Shown: piece by piece, positions 18,674 to 27,711 of the stretch | How the letters are laid out: every line of letters begins with the position of its first letter | Position numbering within the stretch: the first letter of the stretch is position 1 | Notes under the pieces: model-generated | Databases searched by the model: none | Seen by the model: the letters and a program-made list of their open reading frames with translations, nothing else | Told to the model about the DNA's origin: nothing | Made by a program: the position numbers and the translations under genes | Assembly (NCBI GenBank): GCA_046758005.1 | Contig: JBHHZJ010000001.1 | Span: forward strand, 28,101 to 92,100 | Origin: Kiloniellaceae bacterium | Lineage (GTDB): Bacteria; Pseudomonadota; Alphaproteobacteria; Kiloniellales; J153 | Length of the DNA: 64,000 nucleotides | Direction: 5' to 3'

Positions 18674-20494
18674 TTAAGCGGGGGGCAGGTCGAGCTTTAT
18701 GTGCAGCTCCTTCAGGCGTTCGGGCGCGACCTCCGCCGGGGCGCGCATCATGAGGTCTTCCGCCTTCTGGTTCATGGGGAAGGCGACGACTTCGCGAATG
18801 TTCGGCTCGTCGGCCAGAAGCATGACGATCCGGTCGATTCCCGGGGCGGAGCCGCCGTGCGGCGGCGCCCCGAACTTGAGCGCGGAAACGAGGCCGCTGA
18901 ACCGCGCGTCGACCTCCTCCTGGGTGTACCCGACGATGGCGAAGGCCTTGTACATGACCTCGGGCAGGTGGTTTCGGATCGCGCCCGAGGACAGCTCCAC
19001 GCCGTTGCACACGATGTCGTACTGGTAGGCCTTGATGCCGAGCGGGTCCTGGGTCTCCAGGGCCTCAAGGCCGCCCTGGGGCATGGAGAAGGGGTTGTGG
19101 CTGAACTCGATGCGGCCGGTCTGCTCGTCGAGCTCGTACATGGGATAGTCGACGATCCAGCAGAAGCGGTAAACGTCCTTTTCTACGAGATCCAAGTCGG
19201 CAGCAACGCGGTTTCTCAACGCGCTCGCCTGTTGATTGAGCTTGTTGCCGTCTGTTCCTGCGACGAAGAAAATTGCGTCGTCTTCCGCCGGCTTACCGAA
19301 TTGCGCCTGCTCGAAAAGCTTCAAGATTAGCTCGGGCTTATTGTCCAGAAACTTCGCTAGCGGTCCTCTCAGAGCTACGACCAACTTGCCGTCGCGAATC
19401 TCCTTCGGCAGGACATACGCAGGAGGAGCCGGCATTTCCAGTTCCTTGATCGCCCACGATCCAAGCCTGTCAAACCAGCTACGCGGCATTTTGCCCGCGC
19501 CCTTGACTGGTATTGCGCGCACTTTGCCTTCTTGCTGGACAATGCGCTTGAATACTGAAAAATCTGTCTCATCAAATATTCCCGAGGCGTCGAACATCTG
19601 TATGGGGTTGCGCAGGTCGGGCTTGTCGGTGCCGTACTTGAGCATGGCCTCGGCGAAGGGGATGCGCGGGAACGGCGGCCGGGTCACGGCGCGGCCCCGC
19701 GCGAACTCCTCGAACACGCCCGCCAGAACGGGTTCGATCGCAGCGAAAACATCCTCTTGGGTGACGAAGCTCATCTCGAAGTCGAGCTGATAGAACTCGC
19801 CCGGCGAGCGGTCGGCGCGGCTGTCCTCGTCGCGGAAACAGGGCGCGATCTGGAAGTACCGGTCGAACCCGGCGATCATGACCAACTGCTTGAACATCTG
19901 CGGCGCCTGCGGCAGGGCGTAGAACTTGCCGGGATGCAGGCGGCTCGGCACCAGGAAGTCGCGCGCGCCCTCGGGGCTGCTCGCGGTCAGGATCGGGGTC
20001 TGGAACTCCGTGAAGCCCTGCTCGATCATGCGCCGGCGGATCGCGGCGATCACCCGGCTGCGCAGCAGAATCTTCTCGTGCATCTTCTCGCGCCGCAGGT
20101 CGAGGTAGCGGTAGCGCAGGCGCACCTCCTCGCCGGCGTCCTCCTCGGAGTTGACCTGCAGCGGCAGCACATCGGCCCGCGAGAGCACCTCCAGCGCCTC
20201 GACGCGCACCTCCACCTCGCCGGTCGGGAGCTGCGGGTTGACGGTCTCCGGGGTGCGTTCGACCACGGGACCGGTGACCGTGATCACGCTCTCCACGCGG
20301 ACCGCCTCGAGCTGCGCGAACAGCGAGCTCGAGGCATCGATCACGCACTGCGTGAGGCCGCGGGTGTCGCGCAGGTCGACGAAGAGAAGTTGGCCGTGGT
20401 CGCGCTTGCGATGCACCCATCCCGACAGGCGCACGACCTGGCCGGCGTGCGCGGGGCGCAGCTCGCCGCAGGTGTGGCTCCGGTAGGGGTGCAT
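18674..20494 (-). CDS. aspS: Aspartyl-tRNA synthetase (bacterial type with GAD insertion domain)
   Basis: [13 protein letters not shown]...[22 protein letters not shown] (OB fold). Class II motifs [42 protein letters not shown]. The ATG at 20494 gives 606 aa. The upstream 335 aa of track ORF 18674-21499 are spurious. Confidence 0.95.
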   Translation of the reverse strand: MHPYRSHTCGELRPAHAGQVVRLSGWVHRKRDHGQLLFVDLRDTRGLTQCVIDASSSLFAQLEAVRVESVITVTGPVVERTPETVNPQLPTGEVEVRVEALEVLSRADVLPLQVNSEEDAGEEVRLRYRYLDLRREKMHEKILLRSRVIAAIRRRMIEQGFTEFQTPILTASSPEGARDFLVPSRLHPGKFYALPQAPQMFKQLVMIAGFDRYFQIAPCFRDEDSRADRSPGEFYQLDFEMSFVTQEDVFAAIEPVLAGVFEEFARGRAVTRPPFPRIPFAEAMLKYGTDKPDLRNPIQMFDASGIFDETDFSVFKRIVQQEGKVRAIPVKGAGKMPRSWFDRLGSWAIKELEMPAPPAYVLPKEIRDGKLVVALRGPLAKFLDNKPELILKLFEQAQFGKPAEDDAIFFVAGTDGNKLNQQASALRNRVAADLDLVEKDVYRFCWIVDYPMYELDEQTGRIEFSHNPFSMPQGGLEALETQDPLGIKAYQYDIVCNGVELSSGAIRNHLPEVMYKAFAIVGYTQEEVDARFSGLVSALKFGAPPHGGSAPGIDRIVMLLADEPNIREVVAFPMNQKAEDLMMRAPAEVAPERLKELHIKLDLPPA

Positions 20495-20650
20495 GGGTGC
20501 GGTGCTTGCGGCCTTGTCCTTGGGCACGGGGGCGCAACTTGTCGCTGGAAATTCGCGCGCAAGAGGCACCGAACCGCCGGGTTTGTCAAGGTGGCCCACG
20601 CGATCGAGGCTCGACGCCGGGGCCGGCTTCGCGCATTGTGGGCGTCGCTC

Positions 20651-21481
20651 ATGCAACCGAGGACTCAGCCGGGGCGCGCCAAGGCCTTGCAGCCGCTTTC
20701 GCGATTTCCGCGCGCGGCCCGCGCCGCGGTGCGCGGCCTCCTGTTCGACATCGACGAGACCCTGACCACGTCCGGCAAGCTGACCGCCGAGGCCTACGGC
20801 GCGATGGAGCGCCTGCACGCGGCCGAGCTGCTCGTCGTGCCGATCACGGGCCGGCCCGCCGGCTGGTGCGACCATATCGCACGCATGTGGCCGGTCGATG
20901 CGGTGGTCGGCGAGAACGGCGCCTTCTACTTCCGGTACGACGCGCAGCGGCGCCGGCTGGTCAAGCGCTTCATGGCCACGGAGGCCGAGCGGGTCGAGAA
21001 CCGGCGCCGGCTGGACGCCCTCGCGGAGAAGGTCCTGGCGGCGGTGCCGGGCGCCGGGCTGGCCTCGGACCAGCCGTACCGGGAGGCGGACCTGGCGATC
21101 GACTACTGCGAGGACGTGGCGCCGCTGCCGCCCGAGACGGTCGCGCGGATCGTCGCCCTGTTCGAGGCCGCCGGCGCCACCGCCAAGGTCAGTTCGATCC
21201 ACGTCAACGGCTGGTTCGGAACTTACGACAAGCTGGTCATGACCGAGATCCTGCTGGCCGAGGCCTTCGGCGTGGACCTGGAGGCGGACCGGCACGCCTA
21301 CGTCTTCGTCGGCGACTCGCCCAACGACGCGCCCATGTTCGCCTATTTCCCCCACGCGGTCGGAGTGGCCAACGTGCGCGACTTCGAAGGCCGCCTGTCG
21401 GCCGCGCCCGCCTATGTCACCCGGCGCCGCGCGGGCGCCGGATTCGCCGAGCTGGCCGCAGCGCTCCTGGCGGCGCGTTAG
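20651..21481 (+). CDS. HAD-superfamily (IIB-like) hydrolase
   Basis: [10 protein letters not shown] (DxD nucleophile motif), [23 protein letters not shown] (motif IV). The start at 20651 is chosen as the first ATG before the DxD motif and is uncertain. Confidence 0.7.
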   Translation: MQPRTQPGRAKALQPLSRFPRAARAAVRGLLFDIDETLTTSGKLTAEAYGAMERLHAAELLVVPITGRPAGWCDHIARMWPVDAVVGENGAFYFRYDAQRRRLVKRFMATEAERVENRRRLDALAEKVLAAVPGAGLASDQPYREADLAIDYCEDVAPLPPETVARIVALFEAAGATAKVSSIHVNGWFGTYDKLVMTEILLAEAFGVDLEADRHAYVFVGDSPNDAPMFAYFPHAVGVANVRDFEGRLSAAPAYVTRRRAGAGFAELAAALLAAR

Positions 21482-21543
21482 GCATCGCGGCCCGGCCACC
21501 CGTTCGCTTTCACGCCCCGCGCTTTGGGTGTATACCGCGCGCC

Positions 21544-22716
21544 ATGACGCTCATTGCCGAGTCGGCCGAGCTCGCAGCCTTCTGCGCCCGCCAGGCGCAG
21601 GCGGACTTCATTGCCGTCGATACCGAGTTCATGCGGGATTCGACCTACTGGCCCAAGCTGTGCCTGGCCCAGGTCGCCGGCCCGCAGGAGGCGGCGGCGA
21701 TCGACACGCTGGCCCCCGGCATCGATCTCGGCCCCCTCTTCACGCTTTTGAAAAACAACAGGATACTGAAGGTTTTTCACTCGGCGCGCCAGGATATGGA
21801 GATCTTCTTCCTGCTCATGGACCGGCTGCCCGAGCCGATTTTCGACACCCAGGTCGCGGCCATGGTGTGCGGGTTCGGCGAATCGGTCGGCTACGACACC
21901 CTGGTGCGCAGGGTGACCGGGGCCCGGATCGACAAGTCGACGCGCTTCGCCGACTGGTCGCGCCGCCCGCTCAAGAGGCGCCAGGTGGACTACGCCTTGT
22001 CCGACGTCGTCCACCTGCGCCCGGTCTACGAGCGGCTCAGGCAGCGGCTGGCGAAGACCGGTCGGACCGCCTGGCTGGACGAGGAGATGGCGGTGCTGAC
22101 CAACCCGGAGACCTACCGGCTCGTGCCCGAGACCGCGTGGCAGCGGCTCAAGACCCGCTCGGGCGACCGGCGCTATCTCGCCATCCTGCGCGCGCTGGCC
22201 GCCTGGCGCGAGGCCGAGGCGCAGCGCCGCGACGTGCCGCGCAACAGGGTCCTGCGCGACGAGCAGATCTTCGACATCGCCGCGCACCGCCCGGCTACGG
22301 TCGAGGAGCTGGCGCGCACGCGCGGCCTGTCGCGCGAGGCCGCGCACGGGCGCATCGGGCAGGCAATTCTCAAGGCGATCGCCGCGGGCTTGGCCGTGCC
22401 CGAGGCGGACTGCCCGGCGCCGCCGCCGCGCGCCGAGCGGCCGGCCGGCCTGGGGCCGGTCATCGACCTGCTCAAGGTCCTGCTCAAGATGCGGTGCGAG
22501 AAGCACGAGGTGGCGCAGAAGCTGGTCGCCAGCGCCGCGGACCTGGAGCTGATCGCGGCCGACGACAAGGCCACCGTGCCTGCGCTCACCGGCTGGCGGC
22601 GCGAGATCTTCGGCAAGGAGGCGCTGGCCCTCAAGCACGGCCGCCTTGCCCTCGGCGTCGAGGGCCGGAAGATCAAGCTGGTGCCGCTGCCCGACAGGCA
22701 GGCCAGGGCCTCGTAA
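21544..22716 (+). CDS. rnd: Ribonuclease D
   Basis: DEDD 3'-5' exonuclease motifs ([23 protein letters not shown]; [13 protein letters not shown]; [14 protein letters not shown]) followed by HRDC region(s). ATG at 21544; 390 aa. Confidence 0.9.
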   Translation: MTLIAESAELAAFCARQAQADFIAVDTEFMRDSTYWPKLCLAQVAGPQEAAAIDTLAPGIDLGPLFTLLKNNRILKVFHSARQDMEIFFLLMDRLPEPIFDTQVAAMVCGFGESVGYDTLVRRVTGARIDKSTRFADWSRRPLKRRQVDYALSDVVHLRPVYERLRQRLAKTGRTAWLDEEMAVLTNPETYRLVPETAWQRLKTRSGDRRYLAILRALAAWREAEAQRRDVPRNRVLRDEQIFDIAAHRPATVEELARTRGLSREAAHGRIGQAILKAIAAGLAVPEADCPAPPPRAERPAGLGPVIDLLKVLLKMRCEKHEVAQKLVASAADLELIAADDKATVPALTGWRREIFGKEALALKHGRLALGVEGRKIKLVPLPDRQARAS

Positions 22717-22751
22717 GCGGCCCTTTCCAGACCACCACCCACCCGGCCGCG

Positions 22752-22778
22752 AGGATATCCATGGCAAGGATATCCATG
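22752..22778 (+). repeat. Perfect 12-bp tandem direct repeat AGGATATCCATG x2 (3-nt spacer), each containing the palindrome GGATATCC, an SD-like AGGA and an ATG
   Basis: Read directly: copies at 22752-22763 and 22767-22778. The ATGs at 22761 and 22776 are in frame, at the 5' end of the M23 peptidase gene. Confidence 0.8.
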
Positions 22779-23786
22779 ATGTGGACAGGATTTGCCCTTT
22801 TACCGGGCCTTTGCGCCGCATCCGCGGCGTTGTCGCAGGCGGCCGAACCCGCCCCCCGCTTCGGGGCGCCGGTCGAGTGCGCACTCGGCACGCTGTGCGT
22901 GGTGCAGAATTACGTCGACCAGGAGCCGGGACCCGGCGCCAGGGACCACACCTGCGGTTCGCTCGCCTACGACGGCCACGACGGCATCGACATCCGCGTG
23001 CCCGGCTACCCGGAGATGGCGGCGGGCGTGGCGGTCGTCGCGGCGGCGCCGGGCGTGGTGCGGGCGGCGCGCGACGGCATGCCGGACGTCTCGTTCCGGG
23101 AGGCGGGCGCCAGGTCCGTGCGGGGACGCGAGGCCGGAAACGCCGTCGTGATCGACCACGGCGGCGGCTGGGAGACGCAGTACAGCCACCTGCGCCGGGG
23201 CAGCATCCGCGTCGAACCGGGCCAGCGCGTGGCGGCCGGCGCCGTGCTCGGCCTGATCGGCCTGTCCGGCAAGACCGAGTTCCCGCACGTCCACTTCGCC
23301 GTGCGCCATGACGGCCGCGCCCTCGATCCCTACACCGGCCGGCCGCCGGAAAGCGGGTGCGGCGAAGCCGGCACGCCGCTGTGGAGCGCGGCCGCCGGAG
23401 CCGCGCTGGCCTACCGGGCCGGCGGCATACTCGGCGCGGGCTTCGCCGCCGAGCGCCCGGCGCTGGACCGTGTCCTCGCGGGCGCGTACCGCGCGCCAGC
23501 GTTGCCCGCGGACGCGCCGGCGCTCGTTTTCTGGGCCCTCGCCTGGGGCCTGCGCGCGGGCGACCGGGAAACGATCCGCATCCTCGGCCCCGACGGAGCC
23601 GTGCTCGCCGAGACCCACGCGCGCGTGCCCAAGCACAAGGCGCAATGGCTGCGCTTCACGGGGCGCGCGCGCAAGGCGGCGCCCTGGCCGCCCGGCCGCT
23701 ACCGCGGCGAATACCGGGTCACCCGCGAGGACGGCGGCCGGACGGTCACCGTGGCCGAGGTCGCGCGCGAAATCGAGATCGAATAA
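22761..23786 (+). CDS. M23 family metallopeptidase (secreted)
   Basis: Signal peptide MARISMMWTGFALLPGLCAASAALSQA. M23 motifs YDGHDGIDIRV, VIDHGGGWETQYSHL, GLSGKTEFPHVHFAV. About 150 aa at the C-terminus are unassigned. Confidence 0.8.
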   Translation: MARISMMWTGFALLPGLCAASAALSQAAEPAPRFGAPVECALGTLCVVQNYVDQEPGPGARDHTCGSLAYDGHDGIDIRVPGYPEMAAGVAVVAAAPGVVRAARDGMPDVSFREAGARSVRGREAGNAVVIDHGGGWETQYSHLRRGSIRVEPGQRVAAGAVLGLIGLSGKTEFPHVHFAVRHDGRALDPYTGRPPESGCGEAGTPLWSAAAGAALAYRAGGILGAGFAAERPALDRVLAGAYRAPALPADAPALVFWALAWGLRAGDRETIRILGPDGAVLAETHARVPKHKAQWLRFTGRARKAAPWPPGRYRGEYRVTREDGGRTVTVAEVAREIEIE

Positions 23787-23999
23787 GGGCGCGGCGATCG
23801 CCGATTCAAAGGCACGCCCGCGCGAACGGGAGCCAGACCGAGGGCCTCGCAACGACGCCGAGTCGGGACGCCGGCGGCAAGGCGGCCAGGGCATGGCCGG
23901 CGCCCGGCAGGACTAGGCGAACCTCCCGCGCCCGTGGCGCGACACAGTGCGATCGAGTACTGGGGAAGGCGAACCCTGCAAATGGCTTGCGAGATGGCT

Positions 24000-24575
24000 T
24001 CACTTTCCGGCGAGGCGATCGTGGGTATAAATGTAGTCGTCGCCCGGGGCCATACTGTGGCAGGCAATGCAGCCCTTCTTCGCTCCCTTGGCGACGCGCC
24101 CGGCGAGCTTCATCCCCTTGGGATTGGTCCTGAGCGAGCCGTCGGGCGCGTATTTGACCCAGAACCAGTCGTGATTGTCGGGGTCGTACCCCGCTTCCCG
24201 CCTGAACATCACGGTGATCGACTTGAGATACTTGGCGGGATCAGCTAGCACGTCCTCGTCGTCGATCTTCTTGCCGCGGTAGTTCTTTTTGACCATGACG
24301 ACGCCGGTGTGGCCGTCGACCGTCGCGCGCCCCTGAATGAACTCGAGAACGTCGCCGTGCGGCGGCGTGCCCTCGTACGGATAGGTCACGATCGTATTCG
24401 GGCCGACGAATTTCGCGTCCGTGAGCGCTTGCCAGAGCCGCGCCGCATAGCTGGTGTCGTCCGGTCCGCCGAACGGCGGCTTGGCAGCGACCTGCTTGCT
24501 GCTCGCGGCGTAGTTTGCACAGGCAACGAGGATCACCGCCGTTGCAGCCATTGCGAAGCTTCGGAGCTGTTTCAT
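24000..24575 (-). CDS. Cytochrome P460 / c'-beta family haem protein, probable lipoprotein
   Basis: ATG at 24575 preceded by GGAGGAAAG. Signal plus lipobox: MKQLRSFAMAATAVILVAC. A single C-terminal haem-c motif sits in the context DWFWVKYAPDG...KKGCIACHSMAPGDDYIYTH, which parallels N. europaea P460 (NWAFYIF...ECAACHKENAKTDMVFTQ). Confidence 0.6.
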   Translation of the reverse strand: MKQLRSFAMAATAVILVACANYAASSKQVAAKPPFGGPDDTSYAARLWQALTDAKFVGPNTIVTYPYEGTPPHGDVLEFIQGRATVDGHTGVVMVKKNYRGKKIDDEDVLADPAKYLKSITVMFRREAGYDPDNHDWFWVKYAPDGSLRTNPKGMKLAGRVAKGAKKGCIACHSMAPGDDYIYTHDRLAGK

Positions 24576-25004
24576 CGCTTTCCTCCGTAATTGCGTGAAT
24601 GCCATCAACCCGCGATTCGGCCGGCCTTGGGGGGCGGGCGGAAACGAATCCGCGGCTGTCCGGATCGGCCGAATTTCAGGTAGTCGCCGAAATTATCACG
24701 GCAAACCCAGGGCCTCGAACGGTTCGTGCCGATAAGCGGGCCGGTCTCACGACATTGTGACTCGTCGTGTCCCGGTGCGCCGCGACGGCGCGGGCACCGT
24801 CTCGGAGAGGATCACGACCGTCGGGATGACGAGCATGTCGGAAATCACCCAATCCAAGATCATCGTGGACCTCGAAGCGTTCGACCGGGGAGCCGCCGAG
24901 CGGCCGTGTCAATGGAGCGCTCCGGCCCCACCCGACAACGGGAGGGTCGAACTCTTCCTCGGAAGGCCCGCCGCGGCGGGCCAAAATTGTTGTATGAATC
25001 TCTC

Positions 25005-25904
25005 ATGTCCGATCGTCCGCACGACGATGCCGGCGTCGGCACCGCCATCCCAGCCCGCCTGCGGCGCGCGGTGCGCTTGCAGCAGGCGGGCGACCTGGCG
25101 CGCGCGGAGGCGCTGTATCGGGAGGTTCTGGCGGCCGAGCCGGACAACCCGGACGCGCTCCACCTCATGGGCGTGCTGTGCCACCAGAAGGGCGCGGGGG
25201 CGCTGGGCGTCGGCTACATCGAGCGCGCGCTCATGCTGCGCCCGGACTCGTCCTTGTTCCACCGCAACCTGGCCGGCATCCTCCAGGCGCTGCGCCGGCC
25301 GGACAAGGCGGCCGAACACTACCGCAGGGTCATCGAGATCGGGCCGGAGAGCGCCGCGGGGCACGCCGACCTCGCCAGGGCCCTGGCCGAGGCGGACCGC
25401 GCGAACGAGGCGCTGGCGCACTACCGGCGGGCGCTGGAGCTCGGGCCCGATGAGCCGCGCACGCACGCCGACCTCGCCGACCTGCTCGCCCAGGAAGGGC
25501 GGCTGGAGGAGGCCGAACGGCACTACCGCGCCGCGATCGAGCTCGAGCCCGCGCACGCACCGGCGCTCTCCGGCCTGGGCAACGTGCTGCGCGAGCGCGG
25601 CCGGCTCGAGGAGGCGCTGGCGCACTGCCGGCGCGCGCTCGAGCTGGCGCCCGAGTACGCCATCGGTCACAGCGACCTGGGGCGCGTGCTCCAGGAGCTG
25701 CGCCGCTTCGACGAGGCGCTGGCGGCCTACCGGCGCGCCGTGGCGCTCGAGCCCCGGCTCGCCCGTTCGATCATGAAGAAGATCACCAAGGCCTCGGCCG
25801 GGCGGCTGTGGCTCCACCCGTCGGCCCTGCGCCGGGTGCTCGATCAGGGATCGGGTATCAGGGATCAGGGATCAGGAGAAGGGTCCCTCGAGCCTGACTC
25901 CTGA
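25005..25904 (+). CDS. TPR-repeat protein (about 6-7 TPRs), no other domain
   Basis: Repeated 34-aa units (AEALYREVLAAEPDNPDALHLMGVL; AEHYRRVIEIGPESAAGHADLARAL; ALAHYRRALELGPDEPRTHADLADLL; AERHYRAAIELEPAHAPALSGLGNVL; and so on). The ATG at 25005 has no clear SD. The tail DQGSGIRDQGSGEGS is encoded by a heptamer DNA repeat. Confidence 0.8.
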   Translation: MSDRPHDDAGVGTAIPARLRRAVRLQQAGDLARAEALYREVLAAEPDNPDALHLMGVLCHQKGAGALGVGYIERALMLRPDSSLFHRNLAGILQALRRPDKAAEHYRRVIEIGPESAAGHADLARALAEADRANEALAHYRRALELGPDEPRTHADLADLLAQEGRLEEAERHYRAAIELEPAHAPALSGLGNVLRERGRLEEALAHCRRALELAPEYAIGHSDLGRVLQELRRFDEALAAYRRAVALEPRLARSIMKKITKASAGRLWLHPSALRRVLDQGSGIRDQGSGEGSLEPDS

Positions 25905-25922
25905 TGCCTGGCCCCTGATCCC
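25861..25922. terminator. Long imperfect hairpin built from TCAGGGA heptamer repeats, at the convergent TPR / 25929-26633 gene junction (candidate bidirectional terminator)
   Basis: GGGATCAGGG (25861-25870) pairs perfectly with CCCTGATCCC (25913-25922). ATCAGGAG (25871-25878) pairs with CTCCTGAT (25898-25905). The TPR stop (25902-25904) lies inside the right arm. No U tract. Confidence 0.45.
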
Positions 25923-25928
25923 CGGACG

Positions 25929-26633
25929 TCAGACCCTCTTCGCCCGGTAGCGGCGCTTGTAGGCGCCCTCGGGGGTGACGACCTGCTTCTGGGCCTCGGC
26001 GAGGCGCGCCTGGGCTTGCGCGTCGAGCGGCGCGAACGCCACCTCCAGCGCCCCGCGCGGCACCGGGATGCACTGCGCCACGGGCGTGCCCTTGGGCACC
26101 ACGCCAGCGAAGCCGCGCTCGACCCAGAGCGCGGGAAAGTGGACGTAGTTGTCCGTGTAGCGATCGGTGTCGACGAGACCCGTGAGCGCACGGAACGGCA
26201 GATCGGGCCGGTTGATCGGGTGGGTGACGAGGAGAGCGACGCCCGGCTCGGTCTCGATCGTCCACAGGTTGTTGAACTTGATGGCGAACGCGTCGGCCTC
26301 GTAGAGCGGCGTCTCGATCAACTGGGCGTTGACGTGGAAACTCAAGGGCGAACGCGGGGTGTGGCGTGGCAGCGCGGGGGGAAGCTCGCGCCAGTCCCAC
26401 TCGAAGCACCCCTCGGCGTAGTGCAGGTCGCAGGGCAGCGGCATGAGGAACCCGGCCGACATCGCGTCGACGAACGGCGAGCAGCGCTTGACGGTCTTGA
26501 CCGTGCCCTCGAATTCGCCGGCCGGCGCGCTCATCGGCATGCGCTTGAGCCACTCGGGCAGGCCGCGCCGGGCCGGGATCGGCTTGGGCAGGATCGGCTC
26601 CAGCTCCGGGAGGCAGCGAAAAGTGACCTGCAT
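25929..26633 (-). CDS. Conserved hypothetical protein (234 aa)
   Basis: Protein-like composition and strong GC3. Sequence includes MQVTFRCLPELEPILPKPIPARRGLPEWLKRMP...KRCSPFVDAMSAGFLMPLPCDL...LLVTHPINRPDLPFRALTGLVDTDRY. I cannot place the family with confidence. Confidence 0.55.
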   Translation of the reverse strand: MQVTFRCLPELEPILPKPIPARRGLPEWLKRMPMSAPAGEFEGTVKTVKRCSPFVDAMSAGFLMPLPCDLHYAEGCFEWDWRELPPALPRHTPRSPLSFHVNAQLIETPLYEADAFAIKFNNLWTIETEPGVALLVTHPINRPDLPFRALTGLVDTDRYTDNYVHFPALWVERGFAGVVPKGTPVAQCIPVPRGALEVAFAPLDAQAQARLAEAQKQVVTPEGAYKRRYRAKRV

Positions 26634-26766
26634 GATGCCGCTCGACTCGTGCAGACGCCTCGATGCGGCAGACTAGCCGCGTTTGCGGGCCGAGGCCAGC
26701 GCGCACCCGATTGTGCTAAAGCTAGGGTTCGGCAAGCCGCCGAAAACCAGGCACGGGAGGCTGCGC

Positions 26767-27690
26767 GTGAGCACGGAAGGATTGGACCGCAAGCCGGGCC
26801 CGCCGGGTGCGCTCAAGGGCGAGGCGCTCAGGACCGCGGCCGAGGCCCTCGCCGCTGAAGTGCAGGCCAAGGTCCGCGAGCGCCAGGGCGGCGTGCGCAC
26901 CTTCTTTGACAACTTCCTCCTGCGCTCCCTCGAGGAGCTGCGCCGTCTCGGCCCGGGCGTGGCCTGGGAGGACAGCGCCGCGCGCCTGCCCGGCCCCCGG
27001 GGCGAGCGGGTGCGCGCGCGCCTGGAGCGCCTGCGCCGCTTCCTCGATCGGCGCAGCAAAGGGCGCTTCGTGGACTACCACGACCGCCTGCCGGTGCTGC
27101 CCGAGGCCGATCCCTGGCCGAGCGACATCGACCGGCCGACGCTGGCCATGAGCCAGGGCACGGCCGAATGTCTGCGTTGGCGCGGCCTGCCGCTGTTCAA
27201 GACCGCCTTCGATTTCGCCGTCTATCCGATGCTGCTCTGGGACCTGCGACCGCGCACGGTGGTCGAGCTCGGCTCCGGCTCGGGCGCCAGCGCCGTGTGG
27301 CTGGCCGAGCTCATGGCGCTGTTCGGCGGCGGCCACGTCTATTCGCTCGACCTGAAACGGCCCGACGTGCGCCACGACGCCGTCACGTTCCTCGAGGGCG
27401 ACTGCGGCGAGATCGAGACCGCGCTCGACGCGGAGTTCCTGCGCGCCCTGCCCCACCCCTGGCTGGCAATCGAGGACGCGCACGTCAACGTCCACGGCGT
27501 GCTCGCGCACCTGCACGCCCACCTCGCGCCGGGCGACTACCTCATCGTCGAGGACAGCCTCGAGAAGCGCGCCGACATCGGGCGCTTTCTGAGCGAGCGC
27601 CCCGGCGCCTACAAGGTGGACACGCGCTACACGGACTTTTTCGGGCGCAACGCGACCTGCGCCTTCGATTCGATCTTCGTCAGAAACTAG
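26767..27690 (+). CDS. CmcI / cephalosporin-hydroxylase family class I methyltransferase-like protein
   Basis: WRGLPLFKTAFDFAVYPMLLWDLRPRTVVELGSGSGASAVWLA...IEDAHVNV...YLIVED matches my recollection of the PF04989 (CmcI) fold pattern. The GTG at 26767 is preceded by GGGAGG at 6 nt. The track start at 26683 would leave only 49 nt to the divergent gene. Confidence 0.7.
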   Translation: MSTEGLDRKPGPPGALKGEALRTAAEALAAEVQAKVRERQGGVRTFFDNFLLRSLEELRRLGPGVAWEDSAARLPGPRGERVRARLERLRRFLDRRSKGRFVDYHDRLPVLPEADPWPSDIDRPTLAMSQGTAECLRWRGLPLFKTAFDFAVYPMLLWDLRPRTVVELGSGSGASAVWLAELMALFGGGHVYSLDLKRPDVRHDAVTFLEGDCGEIETALDAEFLRALPHPWLAIEDAHVNVHGVLAHLHAHLAPGDYLIVEDSLEKRADIGRFLSERPGAYKVDTRYTDFFGRNATCAFDSIFVRN

Positions 27691-27711
27691 GCCGGGGCGA
27701 GAACGGCGGCC

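Noticed and set aside
18674-21499. Over-long track ORFs whose upstream parts precede the real starts, for example 18674-21499, 19757-21481, 20497-22716, 21414-23786, 32160-33893, 33939-35315, 36326-38581, 48383-50551, 49693-52764 and 56120-58243.
   Set aside because: Only the 3' portions show homology-like sequence, signal peptides or SD-preceded starts. The 5' extensions overlap neighbouring genes in other frames and are Arg/Pro/Gly-rich. I trimmed the starts accordingly.
24826-25004. A possible small CDS in the 430-nt gap upstream of the TPR gene: MTSMSEITQSKIIVDLEAFDRGAAERPCQWSAPAPPDNGRVELFLGRPAAAGQNCC... It has protein-like composition. Hand-counted GC3 is about 75%, against about 61% in a neighbouring frame.
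   Set aside because: The frame has no stop before 25776; it simply runs out of frame through the TPR gene. There is no convincing SD and I recognise no family. It could only be real if a frameshift joins it to the TPR frame, which I cannot support from the sequence.
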